Origin: Takakia lepidozioides
Lineage: Eukaryota; Plantae; Bryophyta
Length of the DNA stretch: 64,000 nucleotides
Assembly: GCA_030704615.1 (NCBI GenBank)
Contig: CM060731.1
Location: 73,284,001-73,348,000, forward strand
Reading direction: 5' to 3'
Shown here: positions 1-12,500 of the stretch, piece after piece
Position numbering within the stretch: the stretch's first letter is position 1
Layout of the letters: every line of letters starts with the position of its first letter
Translations under genes and position numbers: made by a program
The notes under the pieces: generated by a model
What the model was told of the DNA's origin: nothing
Seen by the model: only the letters and a program-made list of their open reading frames with translations
Database searches by the model: none

Positions 1-273
1 CGTTTACCCAAACACGGGAGTCCATGTTGAAGACGGGACCTCTCGGTACGCTCCGCAGCGAAGTCCTGCAGTGAGAAGAGTGTGTCCTACCTAATAACAC
101 AAATGATTTTCTGGAGGATTCCGTATCCAACAGGATGGGTGATCAGTGCACGTAAAGATGAAGGTATGTAACGTACGTTACAAAAACGGACGACAACAGC
201 AAGTTCACATCGGATATTTGGTGCCTGAATTGTAATGTACAACCACTTGGGCTACAATAAATCAGGCCTTCCC

Positions 274-1905
274 ATGAATTTCGGCACCGAAATCTGGATG
301 AACATCTCTGTCATGTAACAACTTTGGAAGCCAGGGGATGAATTCCGGCGACAGAAATAGTAATTTGTTCACCTCATGAAACTGACCAAGCATCCAACGG
401 ATGGATTTCGGTGCCGAAATTCGGATGAACATCTTCTTCATCAAATTGTTTCTGCACATGAGGGTTGAATTTGGATGCCAAAATACAGATGAATGTGTTC
501 CTGATTACAGTCGTGATTCACCACGTGTCCGGATATCAGTGCCGACATCCGAATGACAGTAATCCTGAATCGGCAGAATGGATGTATTTCGGCGCCGAAA
601 TTCATTCTTCATCTCCTTTTCCGACCCTAATTCTGCTGCCCTGCGGATGGATTTCGGTGCCGAAATTCATCTGAAGTCTTTTTTTTTTTTTTTTTTTTCT
701 TTGCGACAGATGAACTTCGGCGCCGAATCTCATCCAAGTCCTCCCTTCTAATTTTCCTTTTTCTTCGCGAGCAATGAATTTCGGCGCCGAAATTCATCCG
801 AAGTCCTCCCGAAATTTTTTTTTTTCTTCGCCAGCAATGAATTTCGGCGCCGAAATTCATCCGAAGTCCTCCCGAAAAAAAAATTTTTTCTTCGGGAGCA
901 ATGAATTTCGGCGCCGAAATTCAACCGACTCCATCCCTCCAAATTCTTTTCAGGGTTTGAGCGCCGGATTTCGGCGCCGAAATTCATCCAATGCCCTCTC
1001 TCCAATATTTATTTTTCTTTGAAATGGATGAATTTCGGCGCCGAAATTCATTCTTACTGTCCGCAATGAGTAACTCTAATATTACATTTTCTATGCGACG
1101 GATGAATTTCGGCGCCGAAATTCGTCCAAACCCGACACTTACTATTTGCTTCTGGATGATATAATTTTCCGTAAATCGTTGGAAATACCCCGTTCCGACG
1201 AAGATAACAGGAATATTCTGCATTTAATGGAGAAATCGGCATATTGAACCCATTCTGTCAAAATTAATTGTATTTTAGCCGTTTTTTTCATTTGAAACCG
1301 ACAGTATCCATTAAGTGGTCTTTTTCGCACGGGACGTTGCCGCACATAAAGTATAATTTCGGCGCCGAAATTATAGTTAAATGTCCAGAAATGGCAAGTC
1401 CAACAGGCATGGACAGCATCCGTCAGAGGCAATGATGGCGGCAAAGCATAGCATGGTGCCGATTTAGTCTTCGCTCTGGATGAATTTCGGCGCCGAAATA
1501 TGGATGATTTCACCTCGTCTACGCGTGGACGGAGATATTCGTAATGAATTTCGGCGCCGAAATATGGATGAAATGTGCCCAAGTGCAGCCGTTTCCACTG
1601 TTCCGGAATTAATTCCGGCTCCGATATCCCACTGACAGGTTTGCTCATGACGAATGAGGACTTGGGAAGCGATGAATTGCGGCGCCGAAATTTGTAAGTT
1701 TGTGTACGAAAGCACTTGAATAGGATGAATTTCGGCGCCGAAATTCATCCGTCCGCTGATGAAACGTACCGACCTGACTGTTGAATGTCATAGGCAGGGG
1801 ATTTTCATGGCGGTTGGGTTTCATGATGTGCGGATATTTCATTCAATGTCGGCTGCTCCGGGAACAGCATCCGGTGAACGGAAGGTATTTCGGTGCCGCA
1901 ATTCG
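274..1905. repeat. Array of ~21 palindromes, consensus GATGAATTTCGGCGCCGAAATTCATC, mostly 63-65 bp apart
   Basis: Copies start at about 274, 338, 402, 465, 530, 582, 647, 710, 774, 837, 901, 964, 1028, 1102, 1353, 1480, 1544, 1607, 1672, 1725 and 1886. The consensus is its own reverse complement. Confidence 0.95.
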
Positions 1906-2462
1906 GATAAACCATCTTGTACTGGTGGCTGGAACTGGCACGCGTCGTGTTCCAGTCGACTTCATCCGTGCGAACGTGTCAGGGGTCACAATCTCTTCAT
2001 CACCCATACGGCAGAAAGTGGTGGACGGTGGCAACGCTTCGGGAGACGTGGCTGCTTACACATCTGCTCGTGTAGAGTGGTTGCATGTTCCACCGCTTCG
2101 CTCTCTCGCTCCTTGCCCTTCTGCAGTGACATTCTCCTGCGTTTCCTCTCCTTATGCGGCATAGTGGTAGCATAGAGTTTGTGGAAGGTCAGGTGACTCC
2201 GGCAAAGAGAAGGAGGACGCGGGATTTTGGGAAGCCGCCGACGACACGACTTAAGCTCCGTCTCATGCATGAAATGTAGACCTCGTTATCCGGAGACTCG
2301 GATCGCCCACCAGTGAGAGATTCGTGCTTTGCGGATGTGAAGCACTCCATACGCAATATTCCTTTTACACCTTTTTTTTTGCGTGCAGTGTCTCATGTTT
2401 TCCTGTTTGTTTGACATGGGAGCTGGGGAGGGATCGCAGGGGGCGAAGCAACACAGTCAACT

Positions 2463-4069
2463 TTGGATACTCCTGCCCGGGTGCTGCGCTCGCAAGGTGG
2501 AAGTGCATCGAGGCAGGCGAGTCCTCATTCAACACCTCAGATATCGCCTCAGAAAAGCCCACCTAGAGTTCGGAAGTCGAGGAAGCAGAAGGAGCCCATG
2601 GCTTCGCCAGTAAAACCCCTAGGGAGACTGGAAGCAGAGATATTGGGTTTGCAGTCAATTTCAAAAAACACGGATGCGGTGGAGGCCGCTGGAGATGTGG
2701 GAGTTGGATCTGCAGAAGGGCGGCCCATTGAGCTGACAGAAGGAGAGGACGACAACGTGGTACGACTTGGCGACGATCAGAACCTGCTGGAGCTTGCGGA
2801 GGAGCAAAACCTCCAGGACATTTCCTTCTCTGCAGACTCTTATCTTTCAGGCATTTTGCTTCGTGAAGAAACATTAGAAATTCAAATTACGTGAAACAGG
2901 AAGACTTGTTGATTCCATAGTTGATCCACTGGAGTATAACGTCCTGTTCAACCATGTGGGAGAGAAGGACATTCTTTGTGATTTGTCGGGCAAGCCATGG
3001 AGGTATGGCAGGACCAGGAGTCCTGCATTCATCCCAGACGCTCATGGAAACATGTACGGATGTTGAAGGCAGGGTCCTCGACATCACTGCAAATACAGGT
3101 GAGAACGTTAATTGAATGCGGCACCAAAATTGACACCATTTCCGTTTGTGTATGTTTGCTTGTGCGAGGAAGCGACTCATTCTTGAGTTTGGTTGTGGTT
3201 GTGTCGTATGAATTTGCAGGTGCCTGTATGTGGGCGGGAAGGATGTCGAACCGATTTGTGTTCTCATTTGAGGGGGATACGGCCTTGTACGATTACAATT
3301 TGGCGGGCCTTCAGCGTTTGCCTCCGACTGAGGATCCCAAAAACGCAGAAGATGACGTGGAAGGGGAGGAGGAAGATGAAGAGGAGGAAGTCCAGGAAAT
3401 TCGTTCGATGCAGGGGCGCCCAAAGCCGCTTCCCCCAATGCCTGTCTTCGAGTGAGTTGCACCATAGTAAGTGTATTGGTTTCGGTTGTAGGGACCATGC
3501 AACCTGCCGATGATTCCCTGTTTGAATTCTCTAATGTACTTCATTCTATGTTTGTGCGTACACTCAGCCTTGCAGAGTCGTCCGACGAGGAGAAGCTGGG
3601 AGACTTGCCCGAATCGGACCCTGTTGCAGAGGAAGAGACAGAATCGCATCGGCCATTCTTTGCCAGAAAATCGTTTCTCGCGAGTCCCCTGAAGCCTTTT
3701 TTTCTACCAGCCTATGCAGACACGGCTGCCAGAGAAGCCATCAGCAGGGAGGATAGGCCTACTCGGTTAGAGCAATTGACATACGGGAATGAGCAGAGAA
3801 TTATAATGAGGCGTGAGGCCAAACATAGAATTGTGAAAGGCAGAGTAGGGAAGTTCGTAATAGAATCCGCGTCCGAGAGCGAGGGGAATGTTGAGGACAC
3901 TTCCGCACCCAGGTGGACAGTTCCGGCTGGTGAGGATGGTATTTTTGAGGGGAGGGCTTCTCAGAGTAACAGCGGTAGCGGCAGTGCAGGTTCGGAGGCA
4001 GGTGGAAGGCAGCCATCCTTGCATGAGGCCGGGGATGCATCGGACAGTGATAGCGGATCCTCACCATAG
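2463..4069 (+). CDS. Putative multi-exon acidic accessory gene of element A, unknown function
   Basis: Consecutive + ORFs 2463-2894, 2921-3115, 2997-3455 and 3452-4069 with D/E-rich stretches and GT..AG-like breaks; no recognisable domain. Confidence 0.35.
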
Positions 4070-4315
4070 CAAAGTTCATTTGGATCCTTTTGTTGTACAG
4101 TTCTGAAACACTTAATGAAAATATTGACGATTTGAAAAATCATTGTGTTCAGACTGCTTGTCCGATTCCCTACATTTCTTCCGCCAACCAAAATGTATAA
4201 TAAAAGCAGAAGAGACGCAAACTTCAGTGAAGAACCCTACAAGTAATTTATGCACACCATCGAGCCGAGAACTTGAAGCCATGAAAACCCTGCCGTTTCT
4301 AACATTCCTATTGGG

Positions 4316-4600
4316 AAATTTGGTGCCGAAATAGCCCAATGCGCGCCTTCGTTATATGGGCCTCAAAAATTCCACGGATGAATTACTGTACCAAAATATC
4401 GCGATGGAAGCCTTCAGCACAAGGCACTTCAGCACATTCCACTTGGGTATTTCGGCGCCCAAATAGCCCGTTCTGCGCCATTAAATACCGCACTATATCA
4501 CATTTTAAGAGGTAATTTCGGTGCCGAAATACCCCGGTGGATGTCTTCAAAACACCATTTTAGCACACTGCTCTTGGGAATAATGGCGCCGAAATACCTC
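4316..4600. repeat. Second, degenerate subterminal array of the same palindrome (5 copies, ~65-bp period)
   Basis: Copies at about 4316, 4378, 4447, 4512 and 4578 (e.g. AATTTCGGTGCCGAAAT). Confidence 0.8.
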
Positions 4601-4697
4601 ATTCCGCATCCTGGACCAGGAGAAACAGACCCTATTACCGAGGTAAGAGGACATAACACCGTCAATAAAGGCAGGAAAATTCCAATTCCGCGGATGT

Positions 4698-4760
4698 CCG
4701 CTCATGAGCTCATAGGCTCATGGGCTCATGGGCTCATGCGCTCATGAAATAGTAAACCTC
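4698..4760. repeat. Terminal inverted repeat of element A with GCTCATG heptamer repeats
   Basis: ccgctcatgagctcataggctcatgggctcatgggctcatgcgctcatgaaatagtaaacctc; mirrored at 62830-62900. Confidence 0.8.
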
Positions 4761-5628
4761 GCAGATGATGCACTCAAAATTCGGGGCAGTCAAACGCTCA
4801 TCACTTCACTTTCTGGATTTTCACAAACTTGTTACTCCAAACTGTAACATGATCTAGAGTGTCTCCCAACTCTGTGTGCGCTGGCTTCATGGACTTGTTG
4901 TGATACGGTAGAGGGGCATTGGTAAGTGTCACCTGTGTGATCATGATTGCCACATACCCCTCAGGCACCGTAGGGTATCCGACACTCGCTGAAGAGCCTT
5001 ATAGACCAACAATGTGGCCAGATGTTGCTATTGCCCTCGAAACCGTGTCGATAAGCCGGACTTGGTCACCCACCTTCAACTACCATCCACCCCGAAAACC
5101 CCATAAGATACATGAGCAAGCTTTCAGGCAAAAATCAAAGCAACAACAACATATACATATGTGAAACAAACAAACATCGCTAAGAATATGTGTAAGCACG
5201 ATTACACAAACTCTATGTGTGCAAATTTGAAAATTGCAGGTAGGTAGGGAACCTTTACCCTATTCGGGCAGTCAAGGACTGGAGGTTTGGGAGTTGTCTT
5301 GCTGACAGGTAGCGCGGTGGCTGCCCCTTCAACTGCCGCACATTGTGAATGGCCAGGTACCTGCACACAGGAACATATGCTCCACACATTGGACTGGGTT
5401 CCACAAGTACCACTCGCAAATGGGTTGGCGATAAGCCAATGCAGATTGCATGGGGCAGTGGATTAATCTTACCTGCAATGCCCTGTGGCTAGAGACTTGC
5501 GTAATCCCGGCAGGCACCTGCACAGACAAAGCATACTGCACGATGAGTGTTAGAGGAGATACACCGAGCTATGAGCAGGTTACAGCCATACTGCTTGCTA
5601 TGCTAGCAGCTTACTCCCCTACAACTAA

Positions 5629-5736
5629 AGCTACACACAACTAAAACTAAAACTAGACAAAAGCTAAACTAGACAGAGCTACACACAAACTAAAACTAAA
5701 ACTAGACAAATGCTAAACTAGACAGAGCTACACACC
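5629..5736. repeat. Short tandem duplication (~50 bp x2) in an intron
   Basis: ctaaaactaaaactagacaaa(a/t)gctaaactagacagagctacacac occurs twice. Confidence 0.8.
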
Positions 5737-5859
5737 TAACATTCCACATTGCATTGACATACAATTCACTGTGTTTGCATTGAGTATTTACCTCTAGGCA
5801 ACACAATGGCATGACGCGTACAATCTGGAGTTACCTGCGGGTGTTGGGTTGTGAGGGTG

Positions 5860-6445
5860 TTATGTGAAGTCACATAACACCCTCACATACTCTGTAATTG
5901 AGGTTGCTTTTGATGCCCCCTCCAAGAAAGGCCACAACTTCGTATTGAGGAACTGGTCAGAAGTCGCCCCGGGAGCCCCACTTCTCCAAGGCTCTGGGAA
6001 TATGCCAGTGAAGGCAGGATTCTTCTTCCCTTTGTGTGGAGTGTCATCAACAAGAAGAGTATTGTTCTCATTCCATACAGAAAATTCGCGCCATACTGTT
6101 GACAGGTTCTTGAAAAAGATAGGCTTAGATGGGTGCCTGTCATTTCTCTCACTTGATTGTTCACAGTAAGCACCATCCACTGAAATACAAGATTAGGCCG
6201 GCCACGGAAAATCCACTCCACAACAGGTTGGAAGTTGCTAAGTGTCATGCAAGACCACACTGCCACCTCAAAGTGCGCAAAACACTTGTTCAAAAAATCA
6301 ATGCAGCCAGGCCTCATCAACACCATTTTACTGCCACAGGTGCTGCCAACAAAGCCATCTGGAATATACCCTGCAACAATACCAACATGTACGCACTCAC
6401 AAAGCAAGCCATTTACATCTAGAATCAGTAAATGTTTTGCACTGG
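5860..6445 (-). CDS. NIF/FCP1-homology HAD phosphatase-like domain (frameshifted) within the TnpA-like gene
   Basis: KHLLILDVNGLL...MRPGCIDFLNKCFAHFEVAVWS (ORF 5883-7046), then PIFFKNLSTVW...NTLLVDDTPHKGKKNPAFTGIFP (ORF 5860-6180). Confidence 0.8.
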
Positions 6446-7359
6446 TCGGATCTCTGTCCTTCTTCTTCAACAAATAATGGGGAGTGGTAGGGACAACCCG
6501 AGGGGAACCAAGATCAATTGCAAAATCATCCCCCTTCATGCCCAGTGATTCTCTAGCTGCCTCTGAATCAAGGCATGTTACTTTTGACATGGGATCCATG
6601 AAGCCAGACACAGATATGGGATCCTTCAGCATGTTAGGTAATTTGTCTGCGTCCTCATCTCCCGTGCCATCGCAGGGGGAATTGCCCACCTGCAATTGAT
6701 CATGACAGACACGGGGGGGAGACAACACTGATGCAACTGTAGGGGGTGTCTCGAAGTTGTCCTCTAGGCGCCTGGATGTGCGAGCTGCGTCTATACACTC
6801 GCTAGCTGCTGCAGATGTCCCCACAGCCGGAGACACTGAAATAGAGATGCCAAACTTGTTGGCTATCGCTTTTTGGTAAAGCATCATCTGCGAGACACAA
6901 GCCTTCAAATCGATGATGTCTTCTCGCTGACTTGTGGTTTCTCTTCCTAGCTCCTCGACTTTGCGCACAATACTACAATAGCCCTCACTTGCCTCCTGCC
7001 AACAACAGCAGTATTGAATGAGAAAAAAAATTATCACCACAACCACGATGTTGCATGCAAATAAATGTTGTCATGAAGTGGAGGTTTAAAGGAATCTTGT
7101 GCAATCGAATGGACCCGCTCACACATCCTAATGGGTGCACACCACTGACACATACAGACTCATTTGCAATTGAGATTTACAAACAACTCACCATTCTCTC
7201 TGATGTCATTGTTTTGCTCACAGACAACTCCTGGATTTCTTGCAGCTCGACTGATCACCCGCAATGGGCTTCCCGCAAATCAGCCAGCAAAGTCAAAACG
7301 CAGCCACGTACTGAACGACAATTTACTAACATGACATGATATAACATCCTGACAGTCTA

Positions 7360-7790
7360 CACGAGACAATGAAAGACTTCACGCAATTTGGTACAAGGCA
7401 CTCTCTTTTCTTCTTTCATGCATGCCTTCTCCTGTCCCATAAGCTCTTTGAGCTTTCCAAGGACGTTGTAAAGTATCCTGACATTTTGGTCAGATGCAAG
7501 CGCCAACTGAAATATCAAATACCTTAAGATGTTCCGCTCTATTTTGCAGAAGAAAGACCATCCTGTTAAACAAATCAAGCACTGGCAATATCGGGCAAAA
7601 GAGATTCTCAATGAAACAAATATTAGGCAGGAAGCACTGAGAATGGTAGATGAAGCTGATTTGGAGGCTGAAGTGGCTAAGGGCAAGTTGGAAGCACATT
7701 AAATGTCCTAGCAAAATCAGGTTAGGCATTAAACTTCCCTGAACGCATCGGTCTGACAAAGGCAAGGACCTTAAGGATGGCCTGAAGGGC
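7360..7790 (+). mobile_element. Two adjacent degenerate LINE fragments in an intron
   Basis: 7430-7475 matches the LINE 3' UTR at 9465-9510. 7640-7745 (gatttggaggctgaagtgg...cttccctgaac) matches the LINEs at 34980-35060 and 42590-42690. Confidence 0.5.
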
Positions 7791-8959
7791 CTAGCTACCC
7801 TGGGTAATTGGCTGATATTTAAACTTGGAGCGGGAAGACAAACCAGTAGTGTTCAAGAAATAAATCAATCAGTAAACCAATCAACCATCAATCAGTCAGT
7901 AAACCAATCAATCAACCAATCGGGTTGAAGAAATAAATCAAATTGCAGGTCTGGTTGAAGAATTGATGCCACATATCATACTGTTGAAGTACCTTAGCAA
8001 TAGTTTGTGCCAGGGGATGTGATCAATAACTTACCAGACGTGCCTCCACAGATGTCTTCCCACCACGACCAGTTTTTGATGGATTCTGTATACACGAATT
8101 TGCCTTCTTCATCTTGGCTGATACGGTGCTGAAATTTGGGGTTGACCAGTACGCAACAAGCCTGGTCCATTGCCCTTCGTCCACACACAAAGGTCTGCCC
8201 TCCCCTGCCTTGAACTTTGCATACAGTTCACTTCGTTGTGTCTTCAAAACTTTGCCAATAGTGTGTCGCATGTGCTCGTAGTTCAGACTGCGTGGAGTGT
8301 ATGAAAAAGTGGACGCCAGCATCATTACCAATGTGCTTCCCTGGTGGTTGTGTGAGGGCTGAGTTTTTGCCAATTGTCCAGGGTGAGTTTTGACCAGCAT
8401 TGTGTTGTGTATTGCACAGGTGAGGAAGAAGCGTGCAACGGTTGGTGGCCCCAGCGCTGCCACATAGGGCAGCCCATCGGGGCATGGTTTGCTGAAATAG
8501 GTGAACCCTCCTGTTGGCAAGACTCCACCCTCCAAACAGCCTCCCACCCGGCCTCTTGCCAGTTATCCTCCATTCACACATTACCCTCATGCTTTTCCCC
8601 ATCCGACACACTATGACCCTCACTCTCAGTACCCCCGACCCCCATCTAGTTATGCAGAGCAGGCCTATGGCCATTCTCCACCCCCTCATCCTTCTTTCCA
8701 ACAGCTGCCTCATAGCTACCCTCAACCTGCAATGCAACCGCCATATCCACCCTATGCCCCTTACCCTGGGCCCTATGTCACATCTCCCCAGCTCCAGTCA
8801 CAGCCCCCAGTGGATGACGTCCCTAGTGATGTCCCCGAGCCCACGATTGAAATGTCCAAGAAGGACAGAGCCAATGCACTGCGGCGTCAGAACCGGAGAG
8901 CAAAGGCAGCAGCAACAAAGGTGAAAGTGGAGCGGGAGTAGCTCATACAATGACAAAAT

Positions 8960-9540
8960 AGAAATCAGGTGCCATTTACCAAGAAGTCATGCAGGTCTTG
9001 GGCAGAAAATCGACCAAATGTAATAGGCCTCACTCTTGTTGCACGTCCGGTGCATGGTTTTAGGGAATGGTTGGCTTTCACCCTCTTTTGGCATGCTACC
9101 AATGCCTCTTCCCCCTGGAATGCTAGAGAGGTAAATTCAATTGCTTCTTTTTGGCAAATGCAACCACCATATTCTCATGCACTGTGTTTGCCCCCCTGTA
9201 ATGGGGTATGTATTCTTCCTTTCTAGACAAACAGCAGCCAAGTGGTAATGGGCACATACCACGTTGGATGTGGTTACGCTCCCTTCGGGAGGCGTCATAC
9301 TTTTTTACTTTATTCAGTGGAACCCAAACTCTCACTGATGTCTTCCACTATGAGGATCAGAAATGCTTGGCAGCCTACCTGCACGAGGCCTTCACCCTTA
9401 GACAATCGCTAGAACATTAATTGTGGTTTCTGGATTTGTTCCTCTCTCATGTTTTCTTCCATTTTGTCCCACAAGCTCTATGAGCTTTCCGCAGACGTTA
9501 TAAAGCACCATTTCATTTTATTTCATTTCCTTCCTTTCCA
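8960..9540 (+). mobile_element. 5'-truncated LINE 3' end with (TTTCA)n tail
   Basis: C-terminal LFSGTQTLTDVFHYEDQKCLAAYLHEAFTLRQSLEH*, 3' UTR aagctctatgagctttccgcagacg, tail catttcattttatttcatttc; homologous copy inverted at 13771-13985. Confidence 0.55.
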
Positions 9541-12500
9541 TATAGTACTTGGCAAGTACTTTCAAAATTGGGGCAATGCAACATTGGGGCAATGCAACTG
9601 TGGACGAGCAGTTTTCCTATCTGGCTAGATACTTACACATGACCTACACTGAGATGGGTACTTACAGATGGAGACTCCGCAGCTGCCGGGCGTTTGTGCG
9701 AGATGGTGGCTGGGGCAGGATCACCGCCGGGCATGTCTTCGTCAGAGTCCCCGATGTGCTCCATCGCAGGCACACAGAGGTCGTCCTCATCGTCATCATC
9801 AATTGCATATCTCCGTGTGGGGGGGGCCATGGATTCTATTCTTCCTCTGCGTCTTGGGGGACCAGAGGGGCGGGCTGGTGGCCGTCGTCTTGCACGCTTT
9901 GGCTTCTCTCCCACAATCCTGCATTGGATGCCCCATGGAAGGTGTTGTAAACCCTAAAGCAACCACTAGTTCCCTGAGTGTAACATGACAAAGAAAACAT
10001 AATGGAGGAGATGACGAACTAATGCACCCCTCAACCCTAAAAGTGTAGCCACTTTCACGACCCGCGACATGCGGCGATCTCCCGCCCACTCCACCATGCG
10101 AGCATAACCTACACTGCGCTCTCACTCATCTCATCCTCTTCATGGTGTCTTAGGAACTCACAAAGCTACCTACATTGCATGAAATCAAGCTCCGCAAGCT
10201 GCAAACCTTTTGAACTTTGATAGTTCAAAAGTGAACTCACAGTGCTATGTCTTTCAGCAGCTCCGCTTCAACGAGCTTGATGTGAGCAATGTTAGTTTCT
10301 CTTAGCCTCTCATAGTCGGTAATGGGTGTAGCGGCCGCGTGCTTGACCGTCACATGAGCACATCGCCTCCCTAAACGCAACACGACGATCAAGATGTACA
10401 GAGGGGAGGGGGGGGGTCGAGTGTGATAGGGGATAGGCGGAGAATGAGTTTGCGAGACCACAACCTGTGGAGGTTTGAGGACGCCTACGCGACAGCAAAC
10501 AACTTGAAGAAAATGTTGTGTAGTTGCTCAGAGTGCCATGGTGGCAAGTGGCAGCTACGCAAGACAATAAAGAATCAACTCCTCTTGCATCGCAGGGACC
10601 CAAACCTGAGGTACCCTACAGTTCCGGTACGCACTCCATACTTATTCCACACGCATTTCCGACCTGATGTCTCTGCTCAAGATGGGGTCCCATATTTTGA
10701 AATCACCGCCAGTCAGGAGCGCCATGACTGCCTAACAAAACGCGTGTCTCACAGACGTTGGCTGTGGGGCCGTGGGTAGTCATGGCCGTGACTACACTTT
10801 ATGCCGTTGGTAGTCCTAAGCACGGCTACACCTGTTTTCACGATCGCGTGACGTGTGTCCTAACCTCCACACATGCACCAAAACACTTCAAGTAAGTAGA
10901 TTAACGGGGGCGTTTTAATCCTAGATTAGACTAACGTTGTGATTAGAGTTCGAGGATGAACCTCAAAGACAAAGCTTGGATCCGCAAGGATAAGTATTGA
11001 TAATAGCCAAGGGCATTGTTGAAGTGTTGAAGTGAATGAATCAAGCACAATTCCAAGAAGCAAAAAATGGCTTCGTTCCTGAACAGTATTTGAACTGGCC
11101 CAAGGCATACCAGCTGACAACATTGACTTGTCATTTTGCGTTTATTGATGTATCTGCACTGCTGAGTCATGCTTCAGTGCTTCAAATTGCAGGCTCACAT
11201 TATGTATGATGAAGATTCGGACGGGGAGGAAGGACCGTCCAGTCCTACACCTGAAACGAGGGGTGTGGGTGAACCTGACCAAGAACAACTTTTACAACAG
11301 GAGATGCAACGTGCTTTGCAAGAGAATTTTGAAACAACTGACAGAATCAGAAGGGACGCGACTTGTCAATCGAATGAAGATGAATTTGGCATTCCCCATG
11401 CAAGCACTGAAGAACCAGGCAATGCCACAAATTCGACTGGGTTGCACGACGGAGGATGAGAGGTAACAATATGAGGGAGACTACGACAAAATATTCAGTG
11501 AGTCACATATTCCTTTGTATGAAGGGTGTCATCACAGTAGATTGACAGCAACTTTGATGCTACTGAAATGTTGCACGACCCACAAGTGTACAAATGCGTT
11601 TGTGGATGAGCCTAAAGAGAATGCGTTACCAAAATCACATTATGAGGCAAAAACAATGATCGCCAGGATGGGGCTAGCATACAAACAGATTCATGCCTGC
11701 GAACAGGGTTGTGTGTTGTTCCGTGGAGAGCTTGAAAAAGCGGAGATTTGCCCAAACTGCCAAAGTGGAAGGTATTTTGCAGGTCGTGGGAAGGTGCCTA
11801 AGAAAGTTTTGCGGCACTTCCCTCTCTTACCCAGGTTGAACGAATGTTTAGAGTGAAATCGGTGGCAAAGCTCATGAGTTGGCATATCAATCACAAAAGC
11901 AAGGATGGGCTCGTTCGTCATGCAGCAGATAGCAAAGCTTGGTCGCACATTGACAATATTTGGCCGGAGTTTGCATCAGATCCACGCAACCTGCATCTTG
12001 GTTTGGCATTGGATGGGGTGAATCCTTATGGCGCAAAATCCACGAGTTGGTCAATGTGGCCCATCCTACTACTCAACTACAATTTACCTCCTTGGTTGGT
12101 GACCAAGAAATTCTTTGTCATGTTGTCGCTGCTCATTCCAGGGAAGGAGTCCGTGAAGATGGAGAACATTGATGTGTATCTCAAACCCCTCGTGGAGGAG
12201 CTGGCAGAATTGTGGGTGGGAGTCCCAGCCCATGATGTGGCCAGCATTAGTGATGAACGGGCTTTCAACATGCGGGCCATCCTAATGTGGTGCATACACG
12301 ACTTCCCAGCGTACGGCCTGCTAGCAGGTCAAGTTCACCAAGGCTATGTAGGTTGCCCTGCCTGTGGTTTTGGAGTTGATTTGCGGTATTCGGCAGCCTG
12401 TCAGAAAATTATATTCCAGGGGCACCGGAGATTTCTTCCCACCGACCATGCATACAGGGGATCTAGGCTCTTCAATGGCGAATGAGAAATGAGACATGCT

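Larger units (their letters stand above)
1..4760. mobile_element. Right arm of an unclassified TIR DNA transposon (element A); left end outside window
   Basis: Ends in GCTCATGAAATAGTAAACCTC (4740-4760), the exact reverse complement of 62830-62850. GCTCATG heptamers lie just inside the end and palindrome arrays lie internally. It sits ~40 bp beyond the stop of the CACTA TnpA-like gene. Confidence 0.7.
4801..9914 (-). pseudogene. CACTA TnpA-like (ORF2) multi-exon gene: acidic N-terminus, Ptta/En-Spm (Transposase_24-like) exon, coiled coil, FCP1-like phosphatase domain, C-terminal Tnp1/En-Spm (Transposase_23-like) exon
   Basis: 8023-8547 RPLCVDEGQWTRLVAYWSTP...TGRGG. Exon ~4801-5080 LKVGDQVRL...VPEGYVAIMITQVTLTNAPLPYH...LGDTLDHVTVW (one internal stop). 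First exon 9633-9914. Divergent from Tnp2. Confidence 0.7.

Noticed and set aside
262-1842. ORFs with repeated MNFGAEIH / EFRRRNS peptides
   Set aside because: They are translations of the palindrome and appear on both strands.
274-1905. True CRISPR array
   Set aside because: No cas genes and a eukaryotic TE context. Adjacent spacers (670-900) are related to each other (aagtc..ccc..T-tract..ttcttcg..agca), indicating tandem amplification rather than spacer acquisition.
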